DNA of 64,000 nt from an uncultured Thermoplasmata archaeon (GTDB lineage Archaea > Thermoplasmatota > Thermoplasmata > JAGHBH01), in contig CAZROC010000005.1 of assembly GCA_964601625.1 (NCBI GenBank), positions 21,077 through 85,076 on the forward strand. The letters run 5' to 3'. Under the pieces are notes generated by a model, which was given only the letters and a program-made list of their open reading frames with translations, did not search any database and was not told where the DNA came from. The first letter of the stretch is position 1. Every line of letters starts with the position of its first letter. Shown here piece by piece: positions 37,901-46,693 of the stretch. Position numbers and translations under genes: made by a program.

Positions 37901-38758
37901 CTCGGCGTTTCGGGAGAGTCTGGTGTTGATAACAGCCATTTCTCAATGCCAGACGGGATTTTTGTGGCTGATGATGGGACAGTATATGTCGCTGACACAG
38001 GAAACAACAGGATAGTGAGGATAGTAAACGCAGAGGTGGAAACCGGGACCATGGAAAAAAAGCCCGTACAGGTGCCATGGTATGTGAGGGGATTTGGTCC
38101 CTTCCCCATCCCGCTATGGATCCTGTTTTCTCTTTTCCTGATCTCCACATTAATATTTTTGACAGCATTCAAAAGCAGACATAAAAAAGAAATGGGCGTT
38201 TTTCCCTTTAAGAAAGGAGTTTTTTACAGAACAGAAAGCCCAGAAGCGCTATATGGGATCTATAAACAGGCGGTGGCGGGAAACATGCCCGGGCTGATAA
38301 TATCACGCACTCCCCCCGACGTTCTTGTGGAAAAATACAATCTTTCGCCTGCACTCCTTGGAGGGTCATCTGCCAGAGAGTCGCCTACCAGAGAAACAGG
38401 GAAGGCAGAGGAAGGGGCCGAAAAAAAGGAGAAAAAACGCAGAGAAGAATTGTACTGGCTCACAAACACGCCGGGTAAAAACACGGTCTCCCCGGGGGAC
38501 ATCAACCGCCTGCTCTTCCTCGTGAACCGTTTCGCGAAAGAAAACCCCGGCGGCATCGTTGTACTGGACGGTATGGATGCGATATCTACACGTCTTCCAG
38601 AAGAAAAATTTGTTGATGTCGTAGGCCGTTTGAAAGAGATAGCAGCGTTGGGGGGCATTTACTTATTTGGGCGGTTCAACATGCGCGCATACGACGAAAA
38701 GACACTTGCACTGATAGAAGAGGAGACGGAAAAAGCGCCTGAATTAGAAAAAACATGA
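34901..38758 (+). CDS. Large surface protein: signal/TM, DUF2341-like domain, 18 NHL repeats, TM helix, cytoplasmic DUF835-like domain
   Basis: WWNRDWEYRIPVTV...YIYFGNP; 18 x YVADxGNxRVQxF-type repeats; C-terminal GLIISR..P, YWLT, IVVLDG. Confidence 0.85.
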   Translation: MLAFSDRNPVFFRQKGKKGPFFSGLSVFFLFLLLSSSLLLPALLAGEAFFVGDAHASGEREGGWWNRDWEYRIPVTVRDAADHDHTPFLVDLWLDLSKYDVANFTAECRITELFPSGEKEIPFQVVNDRNINGRSYEARVVFPVENLRAGETIAFYIYFGNPGVQPSTLQRDFHPETIKNTLYNPTPENNNYRLSGPTDVFVDETGKMYVADRGNQRVQIYDSDGRYVMSLGVFERAGSDTAHLNHPSGVWVSETTGYIYVADEGNNRVQVFSSSGAYVDTFSANLSSPYDVAVDENGRVFVSDTDNNRVVVFAQNGSVAGEIKDAYGVPLRYPGGLWFDSGVLFVVDTGNHRVVLFNATFQPIDMIGKGTLGTGHGEFSFPSNVVVHGRRVFVSDTGNKRIEVFDKNSLSYLYSVESSSTGEETFMETPRGIFVSDGTVLVADQGTNRVLSFSSSGALISSFGFGASPLSPFSLKNPRAVDVSPNGTVYVADWGNHRVVAYSSTGGHLFTIGVPGEIGSDVFHLANPNDVVFHDGDLFVADRYNNRVQVFNATNGMFEQTLGGVDGGTESYGGFNQPCGLAVDEEGRIYVADTYNNRVLLFNSAGEFVSEIGNGQGTGPGEFRHPYDIEIYGNMIYILDTDNFRVEVFYKQNLTYAGTLLSGSPGLGPYDVRWPCGFDIRDGKMAIADTYNQRVQVYIITAPLNVTYLFTIGTNGTVGVDNQHFMRPRKVDIGPDGKIYVADADNNRIQVYSENGEHLSTIGAEMQPVYDDFSLASPTDVSVDREGNIYVADKNNHRVQVFSPMGEHVMTFGSREKREAGSDNNHLFVPGGVSVSGDIVYIADTGNARVQVFNTTGEYLKTIDVDCYSVEVDSGRIYYAEAPFHAILITSEEGETIQLFGTPGESGTDMEHLNFPLAVDADSDGNVYVADTGNHRVVIYRGVEDRVGDEVWGETGVKGTDITHFSSPEGIAVWNNMVFVSDTGNSRIQVFTTEGEYLFTLGVSGESGVDNSHFSMPDGIFVADDGTVYVADTGNNRIVRIVNAEVETGTMEKKPVQVPWYVRGFGPFPIPLWILFSLFLISTLIFLTAFKSRHKKEMGVFPFKKGVFYRTESPEALYGIYKQAVAGNMPGLIISRTPPDVLVEKYNLSPALLGGSSARESPTRETGKAEEGAEKKEKKRREELYWLTNTPGKNTVSPGDINRLLFLVNRFAKENPGGIVVLDGMDAISTRLPEEKFVDVVGRLKEIAALGGIYLFGRFNMRAYDEKTLALIEEETEKAPELEKT

Positions 38759-38807
38759 CCCGGTACATGAAATATGGTCCACTTGGATATATGAGAAGTC
38801 TGTTTTG

Positions 38808-38895
38808 TGGTGCGGGGGTCGAGATTTGAACTCGAGAACTCCTACGAGACCAGACCCTCAATCTGGCGCCTTTGACCTGGCTTGGCTACCCCCGC
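38808..38895 (-). tRNA. tRNA-Leu(GAG)
   Basis: GCGGGGG...CCAGA-TT-GAG-GG-TCTGG, long variable arm, TTCAAAT, CCCCCGC-A-CCA. Confidence 0.95.
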
Positions 38896-38968
38896 ACAGA
38901 GGTGCCATTTCAATATTTGAAGTGTGTGTTTATAAATCTTGCGCATCGGTGGTTGTTGGGACATGTGC

Positions 38969-39799
38969 TTACACTATGTCTCCGAGAGACGCCCTGAAGT
39001 CCTCGTAGAGGTCCTCCAGCACTTCAAGAGCTTTTATGAAAGCCTCTTTTGCGGAGAGCGATCCGTCCGTCTCAAACCTCAAAACAACCCTGCTCTCGTC
39101 ACCCTCAACAGATATCCCATCTCTGGGGCAGATCTCAACACAGGTGTTGCACAGAGTGCAGGCCTCTGGTTCGCTCACCTCCACTTTTTTGCCTTTGACA
39201 GAGAGTATTTTGACCGGGCACATGTCAACGCAATCGCCGCAGCCGTCGCATGTCTCTTTTACAGTTATGACCGGATAGTATTTGTATCCCACAGCCTGGC
39301 ACACCTGCCACTTTGCATGCTGCCTCCCCGTTCCGAGTTCGGCTGTGGCATAGATAAGAAGCGCCTGGTCTTCCCGGAGCTTCACAATGGGTATCAGGGG
39401 GTCTTTGACCTGCAGACTCTTGTCGCCTAGCGGCTCCAGGTCTCCGCTGTAGACGGTGCATGGTCCTTTTTTGTTCAAACTGTAAATGATCGTACAGTTA
39501 GGGCAGCCCTCTCCGCCACAGGTGCACTCTTTTCTGAAGTTGAACCGCTTGAGGTCTGTTGGTAGAGGAATCATACCCAGGCGGTGGGCTATTATCTCAT
39601 CAAAAAGAGGGGCAGCGGATTCATACTCTTTCCCGCTCTCGTCCAGAATTGTGCCCATGTGAAACTCCACGTCCTCAATAGCCATTTTTGGTATGTCCAC
39701 CATCAGCGCTCTCCTTATGGCGTTAGCCACAGGCGGTGTTATGTCCGTCAGGACCAGTCTGGCGGTTTTTTCAGAGAGCTCACGAACTTCAACGCCCAT
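38969..39799 (-). CDS. rpoD: DNA-directed RNA polymerase subunit D with ferredoxin-like insert
   Basis: ANAIRR, DEIIAHRLGMIPL, HAKWQ, CxxCxxC...CP motifs. Confidence 0.95.
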   Translation of the reverse strand: MGVEVRELSEKTARLVLTDITPPVANAIRRALMVDIPKMAIEDVEFHMGTILDESGKEYESAAPLFDEIIAHRLGMIPLPTDLKRFNFRKECTCGGEGCPNCTIIYSLNKKGPCTVYSGDLEPLGDKSLQVKDPLIPIVKLREDQALLIYATAELGTGRQHAKWQVCQAVGYKYYPVITVKETCDGCGDCVDMCPVKILSVKGKKVEVSEPEACTLCNTCVEICPRDGISVEGDESRVVLRFETDGSLSAKEAFIKALEVLEDLYEDFRASLGDIV

Positions 39800-39800
39800 C

Positions 39801-40184
39801 TTACACTCTCCTTCCTCTTCTGCCGCCCTTGGGTTTCGTGCCGTCGTGCGGTATCGGCGTCACGTCTTCTATGCGCCCCAGGCGAATCCCCGCTCTGGTC
39901 AGCGCTCTCAGAGCTGCCTGTGCCCCTGGACCTGGGGTTTTTGATTTGTTTCCACCGGGAGCCCTGATTCGCACATGAAGTGTGTCAAAACCCTTCTCCT
40001 TGGCTATCTCAGCCACACGCTCAGCAGCGCGCATGGCGGCGTATGGGGAACTCTCATCTTTGGCGGCCTTCACCACCATACCACCGGTGCATTTTGCTAT
40101 CGTCTCTGCGCCGGTTATGTCCGTAACCAGGATGAGTATGTTGTTGTATGACGCATATATGTGGACTATGCCCGTTCTTCCCAT
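39801..40184 (-). CDS. rps11: 30S ribosomal protein S11
   Basis: [30 protein letters not shown]. Confidence 0.97.
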   Translation of the reverse strand: MGRTGIVHIYASYNNILILVTDITGAETIAKCTGGMVVKAAKDESSPYAAMRAAERVAEIAKEKGFDTLHVRIRAPGGNKSKTPGPGAQAALRALTRAGIRLGRIEDVTPIPHDGTKPKGGRRGRRV

Positions 40185-40927
40185 CAGCTCTCACCCCTCT
40201 CTTCGCCGCTTTTTGCGGGGGCTTTCTCTGGAGTCTCAGTTTTTTCTTCTTCTATTATACCCTCTTCGCTCTCGTCTCCCTCTTCACTCATCTTTTTTGC
40301 CTCTTCAATGACCTTCTTCGCTTTCTGAGATATCTTTATTTTCTCCTTCTTCTCCTGTTCGCCACCCTTTTCAGATTCACTGGGTGATGTCGGAGCAAAA
40401 TCCTCCTCTTTTGGTCTGGCAGGGTGGAGCTCGTCGCTCAGGGGAGAAAACTCGCTGTATTTTATTTCCTCTTCCTCCTTTTTGGTTATGAGACGCCCAG
40501 GAGTGTTCACAACCCGATCCCCAATCGCTATGTGTCCGTGGACGATGAACTGTCTGGCCTGGCGTGGGGTCCGTGCCATCCCTTTCATATAAACCACGGT
40601 CTGGAGCCGTCTGTTCAGTATGTCCTCAATGCTCAGAGCGAGGATGTCGTCAAGGTCGCCCTCCGCCGGAAGCAGACCCAGCCGGAAAAGCTTTTTCTTT
40701 AACTGGTCCACCTCTTTGAGGGCCTGTTCGTCGTGGACTCTGATACGTGCCATGAGATCTCTGGCCTGTTTCCTGAAATTCCTCAAAACCGACTGGGCCT
40801 TCCATATCTCCCGTTTGTTTTTGAGCCCATATTTTTTGACAAGATCTTTTTCTCGCTCAATTCTGTCCTTTTCCCACGGGTGCGAAGGTGTGTAATACTT
40901 TTTTCTGCTGAACTTTGGATCACCCAT
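40184..40927 (-). CDS. rps4: 30S ribosomal protein S4 with long charged C-terminal tail
   Basis: MGDPK...[29 protein letters not shown]. Confidence 0.97.
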   Translation of the reverse strand: MGDPKFSRKKYYTPSHPWEKDRIEREKDLVKKYGLKNKREIWKAQSVLRNFRKQARDLMARIRVHDEQALKEVDQLKKKLFRLGLLPAEGDLDDILALSIEDILNRRLQTVVYMKGMARTPRQARQFIVHGHIAIGDRVVNTPGRLITKKEEEEIKYSEFSPLSDELHPARPKEEDFAPTSPSESEKGGEQEKKEKIKISQKAKKVIEEAKKMSEEGDESEEGIIEEEKTETPEKAPAKSGEERGES

Positions 40928-40937
40928 ACTACCACCA

Positions 40938-41396
40938 TCACTTCCTCTTCCTGCTCACACCCAGGGTCAGACCCGTACGGCCGTTGGACCTGGTTCTCTG
41001 TCCTCTCACCTTCTGCCCCGTCTCGTGTCTTATACCGCGGTAACAGCGTATCTTTTTCAGCCTGTTTATGTCATCGTTTCTATAAACATCCACATCGGCA
41101 GAGATCAGGTGGATGTTTTTTCCCGTCTCATAGTCCCTCTGCCTGTTCATGTGCCACCCGGGGAGGCGGTTTGAGAGCTCTGAGAGCACCTCTGCGAGCT
41201 TTTCCACCTCCTCGTCGCTCAGGTCACCTATCCTCCTTTTAGGGTCAAAACCGACCATCCGCACAATGGACAGAGCAGTCCTCCGTCCCACACCTTTGAT
41301 GTCTGTCAGAGCATAGGCTAGCGGTCTGTGTCCGTCCAGGTCGGTGTTCGCAAGCCGGACGATGTACTTAAACGTGGCACTCTCTTCTTCTGCCAA
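40938..41396 (-). CDS. rps13: 30S ribosomal protein S13
   Basis: IKGVGRR, YRGIRH...VRGQRTRS; TTG start. Confidence 0.96.
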   Translation of the reverse strand: MAEEESATFKYIVRLANTDLDGHRPLAYALTDIKGVGRRTALSIVRMVGFDPKRRIGDLSDEEVEKLAEVLSELSNRLPGWHMNRQRDYETGKNIHLISADVDVYRNDDINRLKKIRCYRGIRHETGQKVRGQRTRSNGRTGLTLGVSRKRK

Positions 41397-41619
41397 GGCA
41401 CTTCACCCTTAAACTGTTCTGGGAGACACCCTTTAACTGACACTCTCATATAAATGTTTCTCCACCTTTTCCTTTTTTGCCATTGCAGACTGCCATCTCC
41501 CGGGTGTTTAAGAAGACAACCTTTTTCTATCCAGTCTTGTTGTCTTTCGGTGTATGTGTGTGTCCTGTGGTCTCTGGGGTTCTCCGAGGTGTCCTCTGGA
41601 CAGGCGGTTTTTTAGGTGT

Positions 41620-41925
41620 TGGTACGAAGGCACTGAGTGTCCCATATACTTGGGCGGCGGCGACAAGACAGCGGTGGGCAGGTCTTTTACGCTCGCAACC
41701 GGTCTCTGGGACGTAATCAAAAAAGGATGGGACAGCAAAGACGTCTACATAAACGCCAGCGACATATCCGGAAACACTGTGGAGGTAAAAGGACACGCCA
41801 GGGGGATGAAGCAGCCATAGACTACATAATATCAGCACTCCAAACCGTCTGGAACACCATAAAACACGTGGGAGAAGCCATAGCAAACGCTCTGGAGAAG
41901 ATGGTGGACTGGGTGATTGTGATTG
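41620..41925 (+). pseudogene. Frameshifted fragment of a larger protein gene
   Basis: Protein-like text (DVYINASDISGNTVEVKGH, then AIDYIISALQTVWNTIKHVGEAIANALEKMVDWV) in two frames without a plausible start. Confidence 0.4.
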
Positions 41926-42422
41926 ATAAGATAAAGTGTGCCGTGTGTGCTGCTCTGTTTCCGATTTTGAGTTTTGTTTATTCCCAGATGGGCTGATGGC
42001 TTTCTTTATTTTCTCGGAGAATTTTTACCTCTAGGTATTGGCACGCGGCCGTTCTGGTCTGGAGATTACCCGTAGTGGAAGCGGGTTAAATGAACAGCGG
42101 ACAGCACACCCTCAAAGTATCCGAGGAAGTACTGGTCAACGGGGGTTTTCGCCTGCGCTCCCTGGAGTTTGAACTGTTGTCCTATGGGAAACCCGGTGTC
42201 GCTTACGACCTTTATTTCGTGTGCGTTCTCTTCAATCCTTGTCTCCCCCAACCGGTGGCCAGGGTGTTTTTCTGAGGGCGTCCCAGACCCACCCTCTCTA
42301 CCGTTTTTGTCCATCTTTTACACCGATGGACAGAGGTCCGGTGGGTTAACTTTTTTATCCCGCCCACCTTTCCGTTCCCGGTGACGGATTTGACGGCCAT
42401 CCGGGATGTGGACAAGAAAGCG

Positions 42423-43019
42423 ATGTCAGGGTCAGGCCCTCTGTTGTCTGAAAAAGAAAAAGAGGCCCTCATATCGGACCTCCTGAGGTGTGGGGCGGTG
42501 AAGTTCGGGGATTTCGTCCTGACGTCTGGGAAACGGAGCACTTATTACGTGGACATAAAACAGGCAAGCACCGACCCGGCTGTTTTGAAAAAGATTGCGT
42601 TTTACATGGCCCGTTTTATCCGCAAACAATTCGGAGAGGCGAGAAAAAGCGTTGAGCACATAGCCGGAATGGAACTCGGTGCAGTGCCGCTGGCAACTGC
42701 TGTATCCCTCGAAACCGGCATCCATATGCTCATAATAAGAAAAAGAAAAAAAGAGTATGGTGTGGGAGAGAGGGTCATCGGGTCTTTTAGGGGGGGCGAA
42801 AATGTGGTCGTGGTGGAAGACGTCGTTACCACAGGCGGCTCGTCTCTGGACGCTGTGAGAGTTTTACGTGAGAGCGGGCTGGATGTGCTCGTGGTCATCT
42901 GTGTGGTGGACAGAGAAGAGGGGGGACCGGAGGCGCTTCAAAAAGAGGGAGTTCCCCTATTTTCGCTTGTAACAGCCGGAGACCTGCTCTCACATAGCGA
43001 TGTATCGAGTGGGAGTTGA
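42423..43019 (+). CDS. pyrE: Orotate phosphoribosyltransferase
   Basis: FGDFVLTSGKRSTYYVD, VVEDVVTTGGS, VVDREEG. Confidence 0.95.
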   Translation: MSGSGPLLSEKEKEALISDLLRCGAVKFGDFVLTSGKRSTYYVDIKQASTDPAVLKKIAFYMARFIRKQFGEARKSVEHIAGMELGAVPLATAVSLETGIHMLIIRKRKKEYGVGERVIGSFRGGENVVVVEDVVTTGGSSLDAVRVLRESGLDVLVVICVVDREEGGPEALQKEGVPLFSLVTAGDLLSHSDVSSGS

Positions 43020-43023
43020 TAAA

Positions 43024-44133
43024 ATGGAAAGCGCAGATAGCAGGAAAAGAAAGAAGAAAGAGCTTCTTTCCACCCCAGTTAACCAGATCGCCATAGAAGA
43101 AGACATGCGTGTTGACGACCTCGTTGAACAGATGGCGGGCATGTCCATACAGGCTAGAAACCTCGGCCTCTGCGCTCTCATTTATGAAAAGATGCTGACG
43201 GATGAAAAGCGCCCAACGGTATTCCTCGGTCTGAGCGGGCCTCTCATAGCCGCCGGCCTCAGGAGGGTTATACGGGATATGATAGAGAAAAATCTCGTGG
43301 ACGTGGTGGTCTCAACGGGGGCCATCCTGTACCAGGACTTCTACCAGGCCCTGGGGGGGGACCATTACACTGGCTCGCCGGACATGGATGATGTGCTGTT
43401 GAGGGACCTTTACATTGACAGAATCTACGACACGCTTGTGGACGAAGAGAAGTTTGGTGAGACGGATAGATACATAGGAGAACTGGCTCTGTCTCTTGAG
43501 CCGAGGGGATATTCAAGCAGGGAGTTCCTTGATTTCCTGGGTTCTCAGGTAGATGATCCGGACAGCATACTCGCAACGGCCCACCGCCACGGGATACCCG
43601 TGTTTTCGCCTGCTCTGAACGATTCAAGCATAGGGATAGGTCTCACGTATGCGTATGCCAGACAAAAGAAAAACAGATCTGAGAAAAATATCTCTGGCGG
43701 CGGTGGAAGCGGTGGAGAAAAGTTTTACATAGACCCGATAAGGGACAACTATGAGCTGACACAGATAATAATTAATTCGCGCTCCACGGGGGCTGTTTAT
43801 ATAGGGGGCGGGACTCCGAAGAACTACATAAACGACGCTGTTGTGATGGCAAACTACGGCCTTGAGAGAGAGGTTGAGGGACACGAATATGCGATACAGA
43901 TAACCACTGCCACCCCCCTGGACGGCGGGCTGAGCGGTTCTACCCTGGGGGAGGCGCAGAGCTGGGGAAAGATTTACAGGGAGGCAAAAAAGGCCATGGC
44001 ATTCGTTGAGGCCAGCATAGGGCTGCCCCTCATAGCTGGCTATCTTTTTGGCAGAAGAGTCGGAGAGAACAGGACCCGGCTGCGCTTTGTGTGGGACGGA
44101 GACGCGCTGGTTTCAATGGAACCGTACCGCTGA
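43024..44133 (+). CDS. Deoxyhypusine synthase-like protein
   Basis: VSTGA, DRIYD, DSSIG, GGGTPKN, DGGLSGST..EAQSWGK. Confidence 0.88.
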   Translation: MESADSRKRKKKELLSTPVNQIAIEEDMRVDDLVEQMAGMSIQARNLGLCALIYEKMLTDEKRPTVFLGLSGPLIAAGLRRVIRDMIEKNLVDVVVSTGAILYQDFYQALGGDHYTGSPDMDDVLLRDLYIDRIYDTLVDEEKFGETDRYIGELALSLEPRGYSSREFLDFLGSQVDDPDSILATAHRHGIPVFSPALNDSSIGIGLTYAYARQKKNRSEKNISGGGGSGGEKFYIDPIRDNYELTQIIINSRSTGAVYIGGGTPKNYINDAVVMANYGLEREVEGHEYAIQITTATPLDGGLSGSTLGEAQSWGKIYREAKKAMAFVEASIGLPLIAGYLFGRRVGENRTRLRFVWDGDALVSMEPYR

Positions 44134-44148
44134 GCGTGTGCCATGTTT

Positions 44149-44445
44149 TCAAAGTTTTTCTTCAACGGACCTGACCTTTTTTTCCATGGTGGCTTCCCGG
44201 TCTATCCGGTGGTCTATTTTTATTGAGACCACCACCCTCTTTGCGCCCTTCTGGAACACCCGCTTTTCTGCTTCTTCCACCGCCTTCCAGAGGGTTCCAA
44301 GGTTTTCTACTTCCAACACTGTGGCCATGGGAGTAAGGGTGTGCTTTACACCCATTTCTCTGAACGCTTTTACTGCTTCCGCCACGTATTCGCTCACGCT
44401 TTCCCCCTTGCCCAGCGGAGTTATGCTGACCTCTGCGATTATCAC
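44149..44445 (-). CDS. MTH1187-family thiamine-binding protein
   Basis: AEVSITPLG..SVSEYVA, TPMATVLE, RVVVSIKID.R.D. Confidence 0.88.
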   Translation of the reverse strand: MIIAEVSITPLGKGESVSEYVAEAVKAFREMGVKHTLTPMATVLEVENLGTLWKAVEEAEKRVFQKGAKRVVVSIKIDHRIDREATMEKKVRSVEEKL

Positions 44446-44555
44446 CTTTTCACCCCCGGAGTTTCACCCTGTGTTCTGTCCAGTTGTTTCTGCCGGCCGG
44501 TCACACTCTTCCTATGTCATGGATGTATATCATATATGTCTGACCTTTAAGAACA

Positions 44556-45101
44556 TTATTTCAGATATATCTTATACACACATGCGTCGTCTCCTTTGAA
44601 AACACATTTTTCTTCAACGACATCCGCTTTCGTGTGCGTTAGCTCTGTCAGACCTATGTACGCTCCGAGCCAGGCAGCACAGTCCTCTTTTATTCTGTTG
44701 GGCGTGTCTCTCATCTCTATGATTATCTGGTCTTCTTCATACTGTGCGCGCACGGATCCGTATTTGTAAAGCTCTTTGTATATTGTCATAGCTCTTGCGA
44801 TTATGCGCTCCAGGGACGACCACATAAGGAGGTATTTGAAGAGGCCCAGGTCTTTTACGGTGTACCGCCCTCCTTCTTTAACGGCGTCCATGCCTTTCTT
44901 CTCAGATATCCAGCGCAGAACGCTGCTGAGCAACTCCCTGTCATAGAACTCCCCGTCTTTTATCTGGGAGTGGTTGAACCCGACGTCTTTTTCAAGTTCT
45001 GCCACCCCATCTTTGCCCCATTTCTTTTTGACGTATTTGAAAAAACCGTTTATGACGGAGCCACGCACTTTTTCTACGGCATTCACATCTTTTTTCATCA
45101 T
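44556..45101 (-). CDS. Stand-alone V4R/HNOX-like ligand-binding protein
   Basis: VRGSV...YVKKKWG N-terminus; C..W.G.Y.G; EEKCVFKGDDACVY. Confidence 0.62.
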   Translation of the reverse strand: MMKKDVNAVEKVRGSVINGFFKYVKKKWGKDGVAELEKDVGFNHSQIKDGEFYDRELLSSVLRWISEKKGMDAVKEGGRYTVKDLGLFKYLLMWSSLERIIARAMTIYKELYKYGSVRAQYEEDQIIIEMRDTPNRIKEDCAAWLGAYIGLTELTHTKADVVEEKCVFKGDDACVYKIYLK

Positions 45102-45274
45102 TTAAGCACCTCTTATTCTATTGGCGTTTTATCAGCGTATGATATATATGTCCTGGTGCTTACTTAAATTTTTCAACAAAACCAGGGGCTAATTTATGAA
45201 ACAGTCTAATTTATTCGCCGTGTCTCTGACATTTTCGCATACACTTTTGCACACAACTTGTCAGATGTTGACTG

Positions 45275-46693
45275 TCAGAGCGCGGTGGCGTCCATGCCTG
45301 TGTGAAGAGACAAGCGTGGTCTTATCATACAGTACTCCAGTTTTCGGGTTCGGTCGTCAAAGATTATAGCAAGTCCCCTCCTGGAATCCATTGTGCTGAC
45401 GAGAGAGGCAAGGTCTCTTCCTTTTCCCATAAAACTCTGCCTGGCCTTTGACAGACTCGTTATGTCCGGCTCTGCGGTTATCTGGTGAGAAATCACCATA
45501 TCCGCTTGGCGTATGGCCGTGTCGTGGATGGCAGAGGGCTCCTGTGTGGCCAGCACGATGCTGAGCCCCGGGTGTCTCCCCAGTTTTATCCAGTCAATAA
45601 GCGGTTGCGAAGAAATCGTGGTCCCATCTGATGGGAGAAAAAGATGCGCCTCGTCTATGACGAGATATACCAGCGGGATGCGTTTCTTTTTTCCGCCGCC
45701 CCCTTCCAGGTCCCATTCTTCTTTGCTCTCCCCGCTGTTTCCCAGCAGTCCCGCCAGTTTCTGCATCTCCACGGTCATTTCAACGGTTTTTTCATGCAAC
45801 AACCTCTCAGCAATAAGCGCGACCACAAAAGACCGCATGTCAAGGGTGCCCATTCTCCTAAGCCCGCTTATGTCAAGTATGGTTATCCTGCCTCCCTCCA
45901 CCAGAGATTGTCCGCTCCCGTCTTTGTCCTCTGAAAAAAGCCCGGTGTTTTTCGCCATTCTGAGAAGGGCAACAAGTGCTTTTCTGGTCTGCTCGTCCGA
46001 GCCCATCTTTTCCGCTGTTTGTATCATATCACTCAGGGTGTACCCGGCGTGTCCGTGTCTTGCATATCCGTGTTCCGCGCCGTCCGGGTATCCATCCATC
46101 TCTGCCCTTTTTCTGTCTCTGAGGCTTTCCAGAACGTCCAGCAGGAGAGTGCCCACAGGGTCTGTTGGGGAGAGGTGGAAAAGCGAGAGCCACATGTGCT
46201 GGCTGACCTCGTCGGCCCGGAACTCCAGGAGCCGGTCCATGTACGGTTTCTGCCCGGTGGATTCAAGCTTTTCCACGGTCTTTCTGGGCATGGCTATCAA
46301 AACGTTGTCCAGCCCCCTTGGAGCCAGCTCTCTGAAATCCTTCATCCGCTCCACTTCAGCCGCATTTGTGTTCGGGGACTTCAGGCTGTGAAAAACGCTC
46401 ATGGTGTCCACGACGAGAACCGCTATCTTGTTTCTCATCTCCGCCGGCAGAAGAGAGAAATTTTCAAGGAAGACACCGAGGGTGTAAGACTTTCCCGTTC
46501 CACGTTTGCCCAAGACAAGGATACAGTGGGGCGTGGCGAGGTCAACGTAGAGTGCGCCCCCCTCTTCATAGACCCCGCCTGGGTAAGACACCACTTTTCC
46601 CATATAACCGCACCCTTCCGAGCCGTACTTTTTAACATCGCTCTCTCTTCTGCCCAGTATTTCAGTTCTCACACATCTCCCTCCACATGTCAC
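45275..46693 (-). CDS. HerA/FtsK-like (DUF87) ATPase
   Basis: GKRGTGKS, VIDEAH, GRHPG, ATQEP; GTGA overlap with the upstream gene. Confidence 0.85.
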   Translation of the reverse strand: MTCGGRCVRTEILGRRESDVKKYGSEGCGYMGKVVSYPGGVYEEGGALYVDLATPHCILVLGKRGTGKSYTLGVFLENFSLLPAEMRNKIAVLVVDTMSVFHSLKSPNTNAAEVERMKDFRELAPRGLDNVLIAMPRKTVEKLESTGQKPYMDRLLEFRADEVSQHMWLSLFHLSPTDPVGTLLLDVLESLRDRKRAEMDGYPDGAEHGYARHGHAGYTLSDMIQTAEKMGSDEQTRKALVALLRMAKNTGLFSEDKDGSGQSLVEGGRITILDISGLRRMGTLDMRSFVVALIAERLLHEKTVEMTVEMQKLAGLLGNSGESKEEWDLEGGGGKKKRIPLVYLVIDEAHLFLPSDGTTISSQPLIDWIKLGRHPGLSIVLATQEPSAIHDTAIRQADMVISHQITAEPDITSLSKARQSFMGKGRDLASLVSTMDSRRGLAIIFDDRTRKLEYCMIRPRLSLHTGMDATAL

